Made by a program: the position numbers and the translations under genes | Source of the DNA: Deltaproteobacteria bacterium | GTDB taxonomy: Bacteria; Desulfobacterota; Desulfomonilia; UBA1062 | Length of the DNA: 64,000 bases | Assembly (NCBI GenBank): GCA_017992605.1 | Contig: JAGOOG010000013.1 | Coordinates: forward strand, 6,438 to 70,437 | Direction of reading: 5' to 3' | Shown here: positions 36,534 through 45,964 of the stretch, in pieces | Position numbering within the stretch: position 1 is the first letter of the stretch | Layout: every line of letters begins with the position of its first letter | Notes under the pieces: generated by a model | Told to the model about the DNA's origin: nothing | Seen by the model: the letters and a program-made list of their open reading frames with translations, nothing else | Database searches by the model: none

Positions 36534-37796
36534 CTACTGCCCGGTCCGGCTTGTCCTGACAGCCTTCACCGACGCTTTCCCGGCAAGACTCTCCATGGCC
36601 CGATAGGCCTCGTCATAACGGTTCCCGGGGCTCCAGAGCAGCCAGCCGACGGCACCGGAAGCCTGGGCGGCCCTGATCTGCTCCTTGATGTAGGCCGGGT
36701 TGTACCCGATGGTGACGCGCAGGGGGAAGGACTGGAGCCAGGGCCTGATGATCACCTGATCTCCCACCAGCACCTTCATTCTCTTCACGCCACTGCTGAC
36801 GAACATGTAGGGCTGATCCGCCGGGTTGGCTATCCCCGAGAAATTCCTGCTGAAGTGTGACGGATAGAGCATGGGGGAGATGACGTCGAAGTGGTCCTTG
36901 AGCCTCATGACATCCTGCCCGAGCACCCGTACGTCATCCTCGCGCTGCCATATGACGATACCGAACATGTCCAGGGACAGGAGCACCCCCTTCGAGGACG
37001 TCAGCTCATGGACACGCTGTGCATATGCGGTGAGCACGTCGCTGCGCGTCTTTCCTTCGATGCCCGTAGATGCCTTTCTGTCAGCGGGGTAGCGGAAGTA
37101 GTCCACCTGGATCTCATCGACCCCGAACGAGGTGAGTTCCCTGATGATGGCAAGGTTATAGTCCTGGACCGCCCGGTCGGCAGGGTTCACCCATTCCTTG
37201 TCGAACCGCCACCGGGCATTCTTGGACGAGTTGTGGATATCCCTGAATATGCAGACACGGGCAACCACATGGACGCCCCTGTCGTGAAGGTAGTCCACGA
37301 GCTTTGACACGTCTTCTATCGGATAATAGTACGAATCAAGACCGAGATGTTCGCGGGGCACAGAACTCCTGTACGTGGGAAGCCCTTCCACCTCCTTGGC
37401 ATCGAACACGACAGTGTTCGCTCCATGCTTTCTCAGCTTCTCACCCATGGTGAGGACCTGCCTCGAACTCGCCGTGAACTGGTTCGCATAGGCCCCCTTC
37501 GCCTCGAAGGACCTGGAACGCTTGACTGTGGCTGGCTTCACGGGTTCGCTGCGCACAACCGGGATGGTGATGACCCTTCCGATGGAAAGATCATTTTCAT
37601 CGATGCCATTGACCTTCTTGATCTCGTCGACAAACTCCTGCCTGGTATACGATGCCGCGAGGGGGACATACTCCGAGGCGATCTTGGCCAGTGTATCGCC
37701 TGCCCTCACTTCATGCGTCACTCCCGCATGGGCGAAGACCGGTGCAAGGAGCGGACAGAGGAACGCTACGAGGATAAACCGCGCACAGGTGCTCAT
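36534..37796 (-). CDS. LysM-domain protein with putative glycoside-hydrolase (DUF4015-like) domain
   Basis: Signal peptide, LysM (HEVRAGDTLAKIASEY...) and a long C-terminal TIM-barrel-like GH region. The track ORF extends about 40 codons upstream of the likely start MSTCARF. Confidence 0.7.
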   Translation of the reverse strand: MSTCARFILVAFLCPLLAPVFAHAGVTHEVRAGDTLAKIASEYVPLAASYTRQEFVDEIKKVNGIDENDLSIGRVITIPVVRSEPVKPATVKRSRSFEAKGAYANQFTASSRQVLTMGEKLRKHGANTVVFDAKEVEGLPTYRSSVPREHLGLDSYYYPIEDVSKLVDYLHDRGVHVVARVCIFRDIHNSSKNARWRFDKEWVNPADRAVQDYNLAIIRELTSFGVDEIQVDYFRYPADRKASTGIEGKTRSDVLTAYAQRVHELTSSKGVLLSLDMFGIVIWQREDDVRVLGQDVMRLKDHFDVISPMLYPSHFSRNFSGIANPADQPYMFVSSGVKRMKVLVGDQVIIRPWLQSFPLRVTIGYNPAYIKEQIRAAQASGAVGWLLWSPGNRYDEAYRAMESLAGKASVKAVRTSRTGQ

Positions 37797-37912
37797 GTAT
37801 GCCCTCCCACCCTTCCGTATGAGTATCGTCGGTACTTGCATGCCACGGGCGAGCCTCCATGATAGTGGCGAGGCATCGTGGTCATAGGTAAAGAGAGTCC
37901 CTCGGCATCCCA

Positions 37913-38782
37913 TCATTTCTGTCTGATGCCCAGGATCTTTCTGGCTTCGTCAGGGCTTGCAGGCTCCCTGCCCAGGGCGGAGGCGATCTTGGCGGACCAG
38001 AGGACCTGCTCCCAGCTCCCCTTGGCGAGATCACCGTTCGGCAGCCTGATGTTGTCCTCGAGGCCGACCCGCATGTGACCACCCATGAGGCAGCTCATGG
38101 TCACCGCCGGGAACTGGTCCAATCCCACACCGCAGGTGGTGAACGTCGATCCGGCAGGCAGTGCGTTCACCATTGCTATGAAGGCATCCGGCCTGAACCG
38201 CTGGCCACCCGCCACCCCCCAGACGAAGTTGAAGTTCATGGGCGCTGTGAAGAATCCCTGTTTGGCGATCAGCAGGGCGTTGTCGACGCCGCCCATGTCG
38301 TAGCATTCGATCTCAGGCTTCACGTCATGGGCCTCCATGGCCGACCCGAAATCCCTGAGCATGGTGAAGGTGTTTTCGAAGATACCGTCGAGGATGATCT
38401 CTCCCGAGTTCCTGTCGACGATGCTGAAGTTCATGGTATTGGTGTTCAGTGATGCCATGGCGGGCTTCACTGCGAGGATCTGGGCAAGCCTCTCCTGTGC
38501 CGACCTGCCGACTCCCACGGCAGAGCTCAGGTTCACGATAAGCTCCGGGGTCCTGTCCTTGATGGCATCGTGCGTGGCCCTGATACGGTTTATCTCGTGG
38601 GTTGGATAGCCCTGGTCGTCCCGGGCATGCACATGTACCATGGCCGCTCCGGCCGCATAGCACTTGGCCGCCTCACCGGCGAATTCGGCCGGCGTGTAGG
38701 GCACGGCCGGGTTCTGCTGCTTCGTGGTGAAGGCGCCAGCCAGGGCTGCGCAGATGACGACCTTCCTGTTTTGTCCATTCAT
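37913..38782 (-). CDS. 3-keto-5-aminohexanoate cleavage enzyme family (BKACE/DUF849)
   Basis: ...VVICAALAGAFTTKQQNPAVPYTPAEFAGEAAKCYAAGAAMVHVHARD... BKACE signature. The true start MNGQNRK is at 38782; the track ORF has a 143-codon spurious extension. Confidence 0.8.
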   Translation of the reverse strand: MNGQNRKVVICAALAGAFTTKQQNPAVPYTPAEFAGEAAKCYAAGAAMVHVHARDDQGYPTHEINRIRATHDAIKDRTPELIVNLSSAVGVGRSAQERLAQILAVKPAMASLNTNTMNFSIVDRNSGEIILDGIFENTFTMLRDFGSAMEAHDVKPEIECYDMGGVDNALLIAKQGFFTAPMNFNFVWGVAGGQRFRPDAFIAMVNALPAGSTFTTCGVGLDQFPAVTMSCLMGGHMRVGLEDNIRLPNGDLAKGSWEQVLWSAKIASALGREPASPDEARKILGIRQK

Positions 38783-38799
38783 CTGCAAAGGACCCGCCG

Positions 38800-39390
38800 C
38801 TACCGGGCACGCGCCCCGTCGGTGAAGACATGCAGGATGGCGTTCATGGCGCGTTCCTGTCTCTTCCTGGTCATGGGCTCCTTGCCGAGGACCATGACCG
38901 TGATGAAGGTCTCGATGGCGCCGTAGAAGATATAGGTGAGGTGGTGCGGGGGAACCTCCCTGCTGAGGAACCCGCTCTCCTGTCCCTGCAGCATGATCTG
39001 CTCGCACAGGCTGAAGAACTTCAGGAATCGCGAGAGACCCTCCTCGGTATGATAGACCGAACTCCTGCACACCTCGCTGACAAAGATGGACATGAGGTTC
39101 GGCTTCTGGCCGTAGGTGTCGAGGAAGAACTCGATGATATTGACCAGCTTGTCCCTGGTGGGGGAGTCCGCATTGATCTCCCGGTCCATCATGGTGTAGA
39201 GATCGTTCCACCAGGACTCCACGATGATCTCGAAGAGGACCTCCTTGCTGCCGAAATAGTGGTACACGAGCCCATAGGACACCCCTGCCCTCCTCGCGAT
39301 ATCCGCCATACGGGCATTGGCGTATCCCTTTTCACGGAACACCTCCAGGGCAGCATCGATGATCATCCCCTGCTTCACGTTCTTGGCCAT
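38800..39390 (-). CDS. TetR/AcrR family transcriptional regulator
   Basis: HTH ...KGYANARMADIARRAGVSYGLVYHYFGSKEVLF... Confidence 0.8.
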   Translation of the reverse strand: MAKNVKQGMIIDAALEVFREKGYANARMADIARRAGVSYGLVYHYFGSKEVLFEIIVESWWNDLYTMMDREINADSPTRDKLVNIIEFFLDTYGQKPNLMSIFVSEVCRSSVYHTEEGLSRFLKFFSLCEQIMLQGQESGFLSREVPPHHLTYIFYGAIETFITVMVLGKEPMTRKRQERAMNAILHVFTDGARAR

Positions 39391-39553
39391 AGTCAACCCT
39401 TTGAAGTGATTCGATTCCTGGCCATTGTGCCCGGATGTCGACATGGAGTCAAGCAGTTAATCGGGATTTCGACATGCGGATCAGATGAATCGGGTGCATT
39501 CCACTCTGATTCATGATAGATACCTTCAGGAAATCCAGACCACGAGGATCACC

Positions 39554-40012
39554 ATGAAGCAGGGTTTACGTGACGTGACAGAGGGCTGCAGCATACGGAT
39601 AGACCGCGAGGGGCGGTGGTACTACGAGGGCAACGAGATCATCAACCCCATGGTCCTGCGCGCCTTCTGCCAGGCACTGATGCGGGATGATCAGGGAAGA
39701 TACTGCATCGTCATAGAGCCCGAGGTCTGCTACGTGGAGGTCGAGGACACACCGTTCGTGGTCTCCGGTGTCAGGGGAGACCCCCAGGTGGGTCTGTATG
39801 TCCGTCTCAACACCCTGGAAACCCATCCCCTGGACCCGTCGAAACTCTCCATCGGAAAGGACAATGTACTCTACGTCACCCTGCCCGACGGCATGAAGGT
39901 GCGCTTCACCAGACCCGCCTACTACAGCCTGGCCCTCATGATGGAGGAGGAAGGCGGATACATCGTCCTCAAGATCAAGGACACCGTTCATCCCATCTGC
40001 CCGGCGGGATGA
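39554..40012 (+). CDS. DUF1285 domain protein
   Basis: ...RIDREGRWYYEGNEIINPMVLRAFC... is typical of DUF1285. Confidence 0.6.
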   Translation: MKQGLRDVTEGCSIRIDREGRWYYEGNEIINPMVLRAFCQALMRDDQGRYCIVIEPEVCYVEVEDTPFVVSGVRGDPQVGLYVRLNTLETHPLDPSKLSIGKDNVLYVTLPDGMKVRFTRPAYYSLALMMEEEGGYIVLKIKDTVHPICPAG

Positions 40013-40140
40013 CGTTGTGCAGGGTGAACCTGTCCTGATTTCTTATCCTTGATATTTTTCGGGGTTGGAACCACCCCGGCATAGGCCTCGTATATGTGCC
40101 CTACCCCCCTCAAGAACAAGAGGGCTGAAAAACAGACGGT

Positions 40141-42042
40141 CTACTTGTTGCCGGTCAGCGACGAAATCTGGCTTGAAAGCCAGCTCTGCTGGGACTGGAG
40201 GGTGTTCAGCATCGATTCCATGGCTGCGTACTTGGCAATCATGGTCTCCTGGTACCTGGACAGACGGACCTCCATATTCTCGATCTTCTTGTCGATCTTG
40301 TCCATCTGGCCTTGGAGGGTCTTCTGCCTGGTCGCCACAAACCCGTCAACGCTGTCTGTCATGGAATAGAGCGCTTTGTCGAGCTTCGAGCAGATCCCCT
40401 CGAAGAACGAGAAGTCCATCACGCCAGTGCTGGTCCCTGTATACAGCATGGCCAGTCCATCCACATCCTGACCTGCATCGCCGGTGAGCGTCCGGCCCCT
40501 GCCGGTCATGGTCATCCATTCCGAGGACCCCTGCTGCCTGATCCTGCCTGCCACGTCGAGGCCCGTATAGGTGCCATCGGCTATGCCGATATCACCCCCC
40601 GTGACGGAAAGGGTAAACCCTGTGCTGCCATAGGAGGTACTTGTCAGCCTGAGCTGGCCGCCGATGTCCTCGGCAATGACGCCCAGGGAGCTGTCCGCGT
40701 TGATGGCGCCCACGATGGCAGTAATGTCAGATCCCGCGCTGAGGGTTATGGTCTTTGCACTGCCGCCGGGCGCTGTAAAGTCGAGGGCTACGTCGCTGCT
40801 CAACGAACCGGAGAACCCGCTGCCCGTTACACTGGCCCTGGTTGCGACCTGGGTTATCTCCACCTCGTAGTCGCCTGGGACCGTTCTGACCCCTGAGAAC
40901 ACATAGGTGAGTTCGCTGCTGGTGCTTCTCCCCCGCGCAGCAAAGAGGTCCACGACATCATCGAAGTTCGTTTCCAGATATCCGTCCAGAACGGTATCAT
41001 CGATGGAGAGCTGGCCTGTCCTGTCGATGCTGATGCCGATGAGGCTCAGGTGGTTAAGGGTGGAATCCAGCCCGCTCACTTCAGAAAGGATGGTTTTCTT
41101 CAGCGTGCCCAAGACGGACCGGAGCGTCGAATCGGCAAAGAGCGTACCCGTTGTCTTGCCGTCCCCGGACACCGTGTTCTGTTTGTCGATGTAGCTCTCC
41201 AGCTTGTTGTAGCTGTCCACGAATTCCTGGATCTTCTTCTTGACGCCGTCATTGTCCCTGGTAATGTCGAGGGTGATGGTCGCACCTTCGTCCTCGCCGA
41301 GGAGGTTGAGAGTGACGCCACCTATCACATCGCTTATCTGGTTCGTACTCCTCGTAATGGTGAACCCGTCAACCATGATCACGGCATCTTGCCCCGCCAC
41401 GATCTCGACCAGTCCGAGCTGTGCGAGGACATCCGACCCGGAGCCGTTCTCGAGCGACATTCCCTGTGCACCCGTGGTCTTCGACGTGAGGGTGAGACGA
41501 TATTCGCCGCTGGACACGCTCATGATGGATGCCGTGACGCCTGCCGGGTCTTCGCCGGAGTTCAGGGCATTGATCTTCGACTGGATGGTCGCCAGGCTGT
41601 CTGTTCCCGCTAAGCTGAGTACCCTGCCGTTTATGACGAGATCACCAGAGATACCCAGGGCTTCGGTCGTCGAACCGAAGCTGCCGCTGACGAGCTTCTG
41701 GGCCTTTGCCAGCTGGGTGACGGTGATGTCATAGGTTCCTTCCGATGCATTGGTCCCCACGGCGAAGCTCATGAGATCACCCACGCTGCGGCTCGTTCCG
41801 GATACCGTGGCACTGGGTTTGTAGAGATTGAAGTCATCGAGGGAGTTCAGGGAGCCGGCAGCGGTCTTCAGGGAAAGCAGCATGGTATTCACTTCTCCCC
41901 AGGCCGTCTTTTTTTCGCTGAGCGTTGCCTTGTTCCCCTCCAGCAACGTTATGGGCCTGCGCTGCAGTTCCACCAGCTGACTGATCATGGTGCTCCAGTC
42001 CAGCCCGGATGCCAATCCTGAAATGGAGTACGTTGATGCCAT
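40141..42042 (-). CDS. fliD: Flagellar filament capping protein FliD (hook-associated protein 2)
   Basis: MASTYSISGLASGLDWSTMISQLVELQRRPITLL... N-terminus and a C-terminal coiled region. 633 aa. Confidence 0.9.
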   Translation of the reverse strand: MASTYSISGLASGLDWSTMISQLVELQRRPITLLEGNKATLSEKKTAWGEVNTMLLSLKTAAGSLNSLDDFNLYKPSATVSGTSRSVGDLMSFAVGTNASEGTYDITVTQLAKAQKLVSGSFGSTTEALGISGDLVINGRVLSLAGTDSLATIQSKINALNSGEDPAGVTASIMSVSSGEYRLTLTSKTTGAQGMSLENGSGSDVLAQLGLVEIVAGQDAVIMVDGFTITRSTNQISDVIGGVTLNLLGEDEGATITLDITRDNDGVKKKIQEFVDSYNKLESYIDKQNTVSGDGKTTGTLFADSTLRSVLGTLKKTILSEVSGLDSTLNHLSLIGISIDRTGQLSIDDTVLDGYLETNFDDVVDLFAARGRSTSSELTYVFSGVRTVPGDYEVEITQVATRASVTGSGFSGSLSSDVALDFTAPGGSAKTITLSAGSDITAIVGAINADSSLGVIAEDIGGQLRLTSTSYGSTGFTLSVTGGDIGIADGTYTGLDVAGRIRQQGSSEWMTMTGRGRTLTGDAGQDVDGLAMLYTGTSTGVMDFSFFEGICSKLDKALYSMTDSVDGFVATRQKTLQGQMDKIDKKIENMEVRLSRYQETMIAKYAAMESMLNTLQSQQSWLSSQISSLTGNK

Positions 42043-42112
42043 GCTCTCCCCCGACTGCTCAGAATAATGTGGTGAGCCCCGCGTTCAATGCAGGGTGCAA
42101 CCCACCCTGTCG

Positions 42113-42484
42113 CTAGACTTCCTCTTCAACGAGGAGCCCTGTCAGCTCCGCCATTTTTTCGCGGAGCTTCTGGATGCTTTCAGGTGGTACTTCCCTTATC
42201 ACTTCGCCGGTATCCTTGTCCACCACCCGCACCACGATATCGCGCGAACTCTCGTCGATGCTGAACTGTATGGATCGATTCATGATGTTGAGCTGCGTGT
42301 TCATCTCATCGAGAATCTTCTGAATCTCTTCGGAAAGTCGGCTGTCTTTCTGAAGAGCTTTGTGAGGTAGAGAAACGTTGTGTTCTTTGCCAGCCGATGC
42401 CTGCGTGATGGCCACAGACCCGATACCGGCGTTCTGCCATCGTCCAGGATCGACCGGTAGAGTGCTCATGCTTGCAGTTTTCAT
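42113..42484 (-). CDS. flaG: Flagellar protein FlaG
   Basis: 123 aa. C-terminal ...IQFSIDESSRDIVVRVVDKDTGEVIREVPPE... FlaG signature. Located between fliC and fliD. Confidence 0.8.
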   Translation of the reverse strand: MKTASMSTLPVDPGRWQNAGIGSVAITQASAGKEHNVSLPHKALQKDSRLSEEIQKILDEMNTQLNIMNRSIQFSIDESSRDIVVRVVDKDTGEVIREVPPESIQKLREKMAELTGLLVEEEV

Positions 42485-42512
42485 GGCCGCACCAGCCTTT
42501 CAGTCAAGGATT

Positions 42513-42537
42513 CATGGGGGAGGAACCCTCCCCCATG
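42513..42537 (-). terminator. Strong hairpin immediately downstream of flagellin stop (partial terminator/mRNA stabiliser)
   Basis: Perfect 11-bp stem CATGGGGGAGG/CCTCCCCCATG with a 3-nt loop. No U-tract follows on the coding strand. Confidence 0.4.
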
Positions 42538-42553
42538 ATCCGGAATGACTGTC

Positions 42554-43315
42554 TTAGCCGAACAGGGAGAGAACGACCTGAGAGGCCATATTGGCCTGGG
42601 CCAGCATGGCCGTACCGGCCTGGAGCATGATCTGGCTCTTGGTGAAGTTCACCATCTCCGCGGCCATGTCGGTATCCCTGATGGCCGATTCAGATGCAGA
42701 CAAGTTCTCGATCTGCGTCTGGAGGTTGGCATAGGTGAACTCGAGACGGTTCATGCCCGCGCCGATATTGGCAAGGTACCCACCTATCGTCGCGATAGCT
42801 GCGTCGATAACAGATGTAGCAGTAGCGGTAGTTACAGTAACACCACTGCCAAGTACACCAGTTTCAGTCATATCAAAAGCCTCAACCGTGATAGTGCTGC
42901 CATCGATACCTACCTCAAAGGTCTGTGCTGACACACTCGTACCAATACGTCCGATCTCAGCTTGCAGTGCGGCCAGCTCAGAATTCGTAGCAGCCTCAGC
43001 GGTAGATCCTGATGCCTCCTGCTTCATAAGCAGTTCCTTCATCCGCTCGAGAATGCCTTCAATCGTGTTGGCGGTGCCCTCGTGGATCGCCAGGCTGGCC
43101 TTGCCCTGAATGGTGTTCTGTGCGGCAACCTTAGCGGCCCGGACATCGCTTCGCAGTGCGTTGGCCTGAACCAGACCAGATGCATCGTCGCCAGCGTTGT
43201 TGATGCGGTAGCCGCTGGAGAGTTTTGCCATGCTCTTGTTCATGCCTACTTCTGTCAGGAGTAACTGCCGATGGGAATTGAGTGCTGCTACGTTGGTGTT
43301 GATGCGAAGTGCCAT
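42554..43315 (-). CDS. fliC: Flagellin (short, 253 aa)
   Basis: MALRINTNVAALNSHRQL N-terminus and ...QIMLQAGTAMLAQANMASQVVLSLFG C-terminus. The short variable domain gives 253 aa. Confidence 0.9.
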   Translation of the reverse strand: MALRINTNVAALNSHRQLLLTEVGMNKSMAKLSSGYRINNAGDDASGLVQANALRSDVRAAKVAAQNTIQGKASLAIHEGTANTIEGILERMKELLMKQEASGSTAEAATNSELAALQAEIGRIGTSVSAQTFEVGIDGSTITVEAFDMTETGVLGSGVTVTTATATSVIDAAIATIGGYLANIGAGMNRLEFTYANLQTQIENLSASESAIRDTDMAAEMVNFTKSQIMLQAGTAMLAQANMASQVVLSLFG

Positions 43316-43605
43316 GTTTGAATCCTCCTTGATTTTTTTGGTTGTTCCGACCATCCTTGGCCGGTTTGTTCATTTGTGATCAGTTTGCAGGTACTGATCA
43401 AACCCCGTGTCCCTCTCACCTCCCTTCTCTGTTCTACCACCTTTATCGTCTTTGAAAATGAAAACTTAAATATTTTTTTCAACCAACTTGGAGGGGATGT
43501 ATCTGACAAATTGAGACTGGCGCGGGATTGAGTTGTTTATGAATTACCCCGGAGGCACTGCTGGGTTCTCGATAAGCATGGAGTTGCCCCAGCCATGGGA
43601 GACGC

Positions 43606-44067
43606 CTACTTCTTCGCCTTCCAGTTCTTCAGAAGCTTCTTCGCCTCGTCCTTCTGCCCGGCTGTCATCCTTGAGCTGACGTTCTTCTTCAGCTCTCTCG
43701 CCTGCCTGCTCCCCTGCTGGGAAGCCAAATCCAGCCACATGTATGCAAGGACGTAGTTCTGCGGCACCCCTTTGCCCTGGCGGTACATGTCGCCGAGCTG
43801 GGTCTGGGCCTCGGGGTTGCCCTGCCTGGCGGCCTTGCCGTACCACTGGGCAGCCTTGGCGTAGTTCTGCTTGACCCCCTGGCCCGTCTCATACAGGTAG
43901 GCGACGAACAGCTGGGCCTTGGCGTCGCCCTGCTGGGCCGGAAGCAGGTTCTCCCGGAGCCCGGGATTGTCTTCGTCAGATGCGAGAGCCGTGAGTGACC
44001 CGATGCCGGGCAGAAAACAGGCGAGGGAAAAGGCGAGCATTGACAGAATGGCTATGAGCCCCCTCAT
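43606..44067 (-). CDS. Sel1-repeat (TPR-like) periplasmic protein
   Basis: Signal peptide MRGLIAILSMLAFSLA, then repeats containing ...AQWYGKAARQGNPEAQTQLGDMYRQGKGVPQNYVLAYMW... Confidence 0.7.
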   Translation of the reverse strand: MRGLIAILSMLAFSLACFLPGIGSLTALASDEDNPGLRENLLPAQQGDAKAQLFVAYLYETGQGVKQNYAKAAQWYGKAARQGNPEAQTQLGDMYRQGKGVPQNYVLAYMWLDLASQQGSRQARELKKNVSSRMTAGQKDEAKKLLKNWKAKK

Positions 44068-44265
44068 GCACACCTCCAACAGACATGTCAGATGATAACA
44101 TTTCTGTAATCCTGCCTCAAACATACGGCCATTTTTCTGGCAAGTCAACCGGTTCGTGCCCGCGGCCTGCCTCAAAGTCACCATTGCACAGAGCGCGAGG
44201 AATGGATAAGGTGCACCATGACATCCTGGAGCGTCTGAACTTCTCTTCGTAAGGAGGTCCGAACC

Positions 44266-45753
44266 ATGAAGATCATCCGCATCATCCCCGTCCTTTCACT
44301 GTACGTGCTCCTCCTGCCATGCACGGGTTCCGGCATGGGCATCGACAAGGCCGTCCTGTACAACGACCAGGCCGTCCTCGTCTTCGACGACACGATCAAG
44401 GGCACCCTCTCCTTCGAGGCGCCTCCGGACCTCATTCCCGATTCGCTGGTGGTCACTCCCCGTCCGGGGGGCACTGTCCGGTCCGTGAGCATGGAGCCCC
44501 TGAGGTCCCCCTCGGGCTCGGTCAAGGCCCTCCAGGAAAAGCTCGCGGATGCCCGGGCCTCTCTGGCCGAGACCAAGCGCGAGCAGGCCATGGTGGACCG
44601 GCAGATCGAGGTCATCTTCCTCTCCGCCGGATCCAAGGACAAGCCCGTGCCCTTTTCCCGTCAGCAGATATCGGATGCGCTGGGCTTCATGGATGCACGC
44701 ATCCCCGGCCTGAACCGCAGGGCCGTGGAGCTGTCCCGGAAGATCACCTCCCTCGAGACCGAGGTGAAAGACCTCCAGAACCGGCTCAATGCCGTGAACA
44801 AGGACCCGGGCTGGCTTATCAGGATCACCGGAGACGGGCCGGTCGACATCTCCTTCGGGGTAAGGTCGGCATCCTGGAGACCCGAGTACCGGGTACAGGC
44901 ATCGCCTGCAGCCTCAAAGCTCACCATGGAGACCTCGGTATCCATCCGGCAGGCCACCGGCATGGACTGGGACATCGGGGAGCTCCATGTCTCCACGGGC
45001 AGTCCGAGCCACGGCATACAGGCCCCCGAATTGGAGCCGTGGTATCTCCGGCGCCCGTCGCTGCGCGCGATGAAGGCAATGCCCGAATCCATGGATGCGG
45101 CCTCGATGGTCGCAGCGGCACCCATGGAGGAGACCGTGGCGCCCGTTGAGACCACCTCGACGTCCTACCTCATCGGCGCTGCAGCAAACGTGCACCTTGC
45201 AGGCGACGGGACCCCCGAGACCGTGCTGCTCGCCAGGCGGCTGCTGACCGCCGGGTTCACGCTGGTCTCCGTGCCCCGGTTCCGTGAGGGTGCCTACCTG
45301 AGGGCCGAGGTCGTCCTGGCGACAGATGCGCCCTTGGTCCCCGGATCGTACTCGTCCTTTGTGGACGGGGTCTATGCAGGCAGGGGCCTCCTCGCCCGCA
45401 CCGAGCCCGGCCAGAAGACGACCATCGACCTGGGCATTGACGAGGGCATCGTCATCGAACGAAAGGAAACACAGGCATTCCACGAGAAGACCATCACCGG
45501 CAGGGACAGAACCACCTATGCCTACGAGATCACGGTGGAGAACACCAGGTCGAAGAACGCCTCCCTGATCCTGAAGGACCAGATCCCCGTCTCCCGTGAC
45601 GAGGACATCGAGGTGAAGCTGATCGGCACGAGTCCGGAGATCAGGCCTGACAGCGACGGCTTCCTGACGTGGGAGTTGAGCCTCGAACCGAAGCAGAAGA
45701 GAAAGGTCGCCTTCTCTTACTCGATAACCGGGTTACACGAGCTGCCACGGTGA
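44266..45753 (+). CDS. DUF4139/DUF4140 family protein (TIGR02231-like)
   Basis: Signal peptide. Long N-terminal coiled segment and a C-terminal beta-rich domain ending ...FSYSITGLHELPR. Confidence 0.65.
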   Translation: MKIIRIIPVLSLYVLLLPCTGSGMGIDKAVLYNDQAVLVFDDTIKGTLSFEAPPDLIPDSLVVTPRPGGTVRSVSMEPLRSPSGSVKALQEKLADARASLAETKREQAMVDRQIEVIFLSAGSKDKPVPFSRQQISDALGFMDARIPGLNRRAVELSRKITSLETEVKDLQNRLNAVNKDPGWLIRITGDGPVDISFGVRSASWRPEYRVQASPAASKLTMETSVSIRQATGMDWDIGELHVSTGSPSHGIQAPELEPWYLRRPSLRAMKAMPESMDAASMVAAAPMEETVAPVETTSTSYLIGAAANVHLAGDGTPETVLLARRLLTAGFTLVSVPRFREGAYLRAEVVLATDAPLVPGSYSSFVDGVYAGRGLLARTEPGQKTTIDLGIDEGIVIERKETQAFHEKTITGRDRTTYAYEITVENTRSKNASLILKDQIPVSRDEDIEVKLIGTSPEIRPDSDGFLTWELSLEPKQKRKVAFSYSITGLHELPR

Positions 45754-45780
45754 GAGGGATACAAGACGGGATAAAAGACA

Positions 45781-45857
45781 TGGTCGGGACGAGAGGATTT
45801 GAACCTCCGACCCCCTGAACCCCATTCAGGTGCGCTACCAGACTGCGCCACGTCCCG
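45781..45857 (-). tRNA. tRNA-Pro (anticodon GGG)
   Basis: CGGGACGTGGCGCAGTCTGGTAGCGCACCTGAATGGGGTTCAGG...CGTCCCGACCA has the Pro-specific C1-G72. Anticodon loop AUGGGGU on a 5-bp stem. CCA is encoded. Confidence 0.9.
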
Positions 45858-45964
45858 AAACCGCCATCCTAGCTAACACAGCACTCTTCGGGGTGTCAAG
45901 GCGCATCTGGGGCATCGCCAAGATACGGAGACGTGTGTTTCCTGGTTGCGGCGAGGTGACGTGG

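Noticed and set aside
40060-40082. Hairpin CGGGGT-TGGAACC-ACCCCG in the fliD/DUF1285 intergenic region
   Set aside because: The T-run precedes rather than follows the stem on the plus strand, and an A-run follows on the minus strand. It is not a canonical terminator for either convergent gene.
43316-43420. Sigma-28 flagellin promoter (TAAA-N15-GCCGATAA)
   Set aside because: The best candidate is AACA-N15-GTCGGAAC, with only about 5 of 8 matches in -10 and 2 of 4 in -35. This is not convincing without a PWM.
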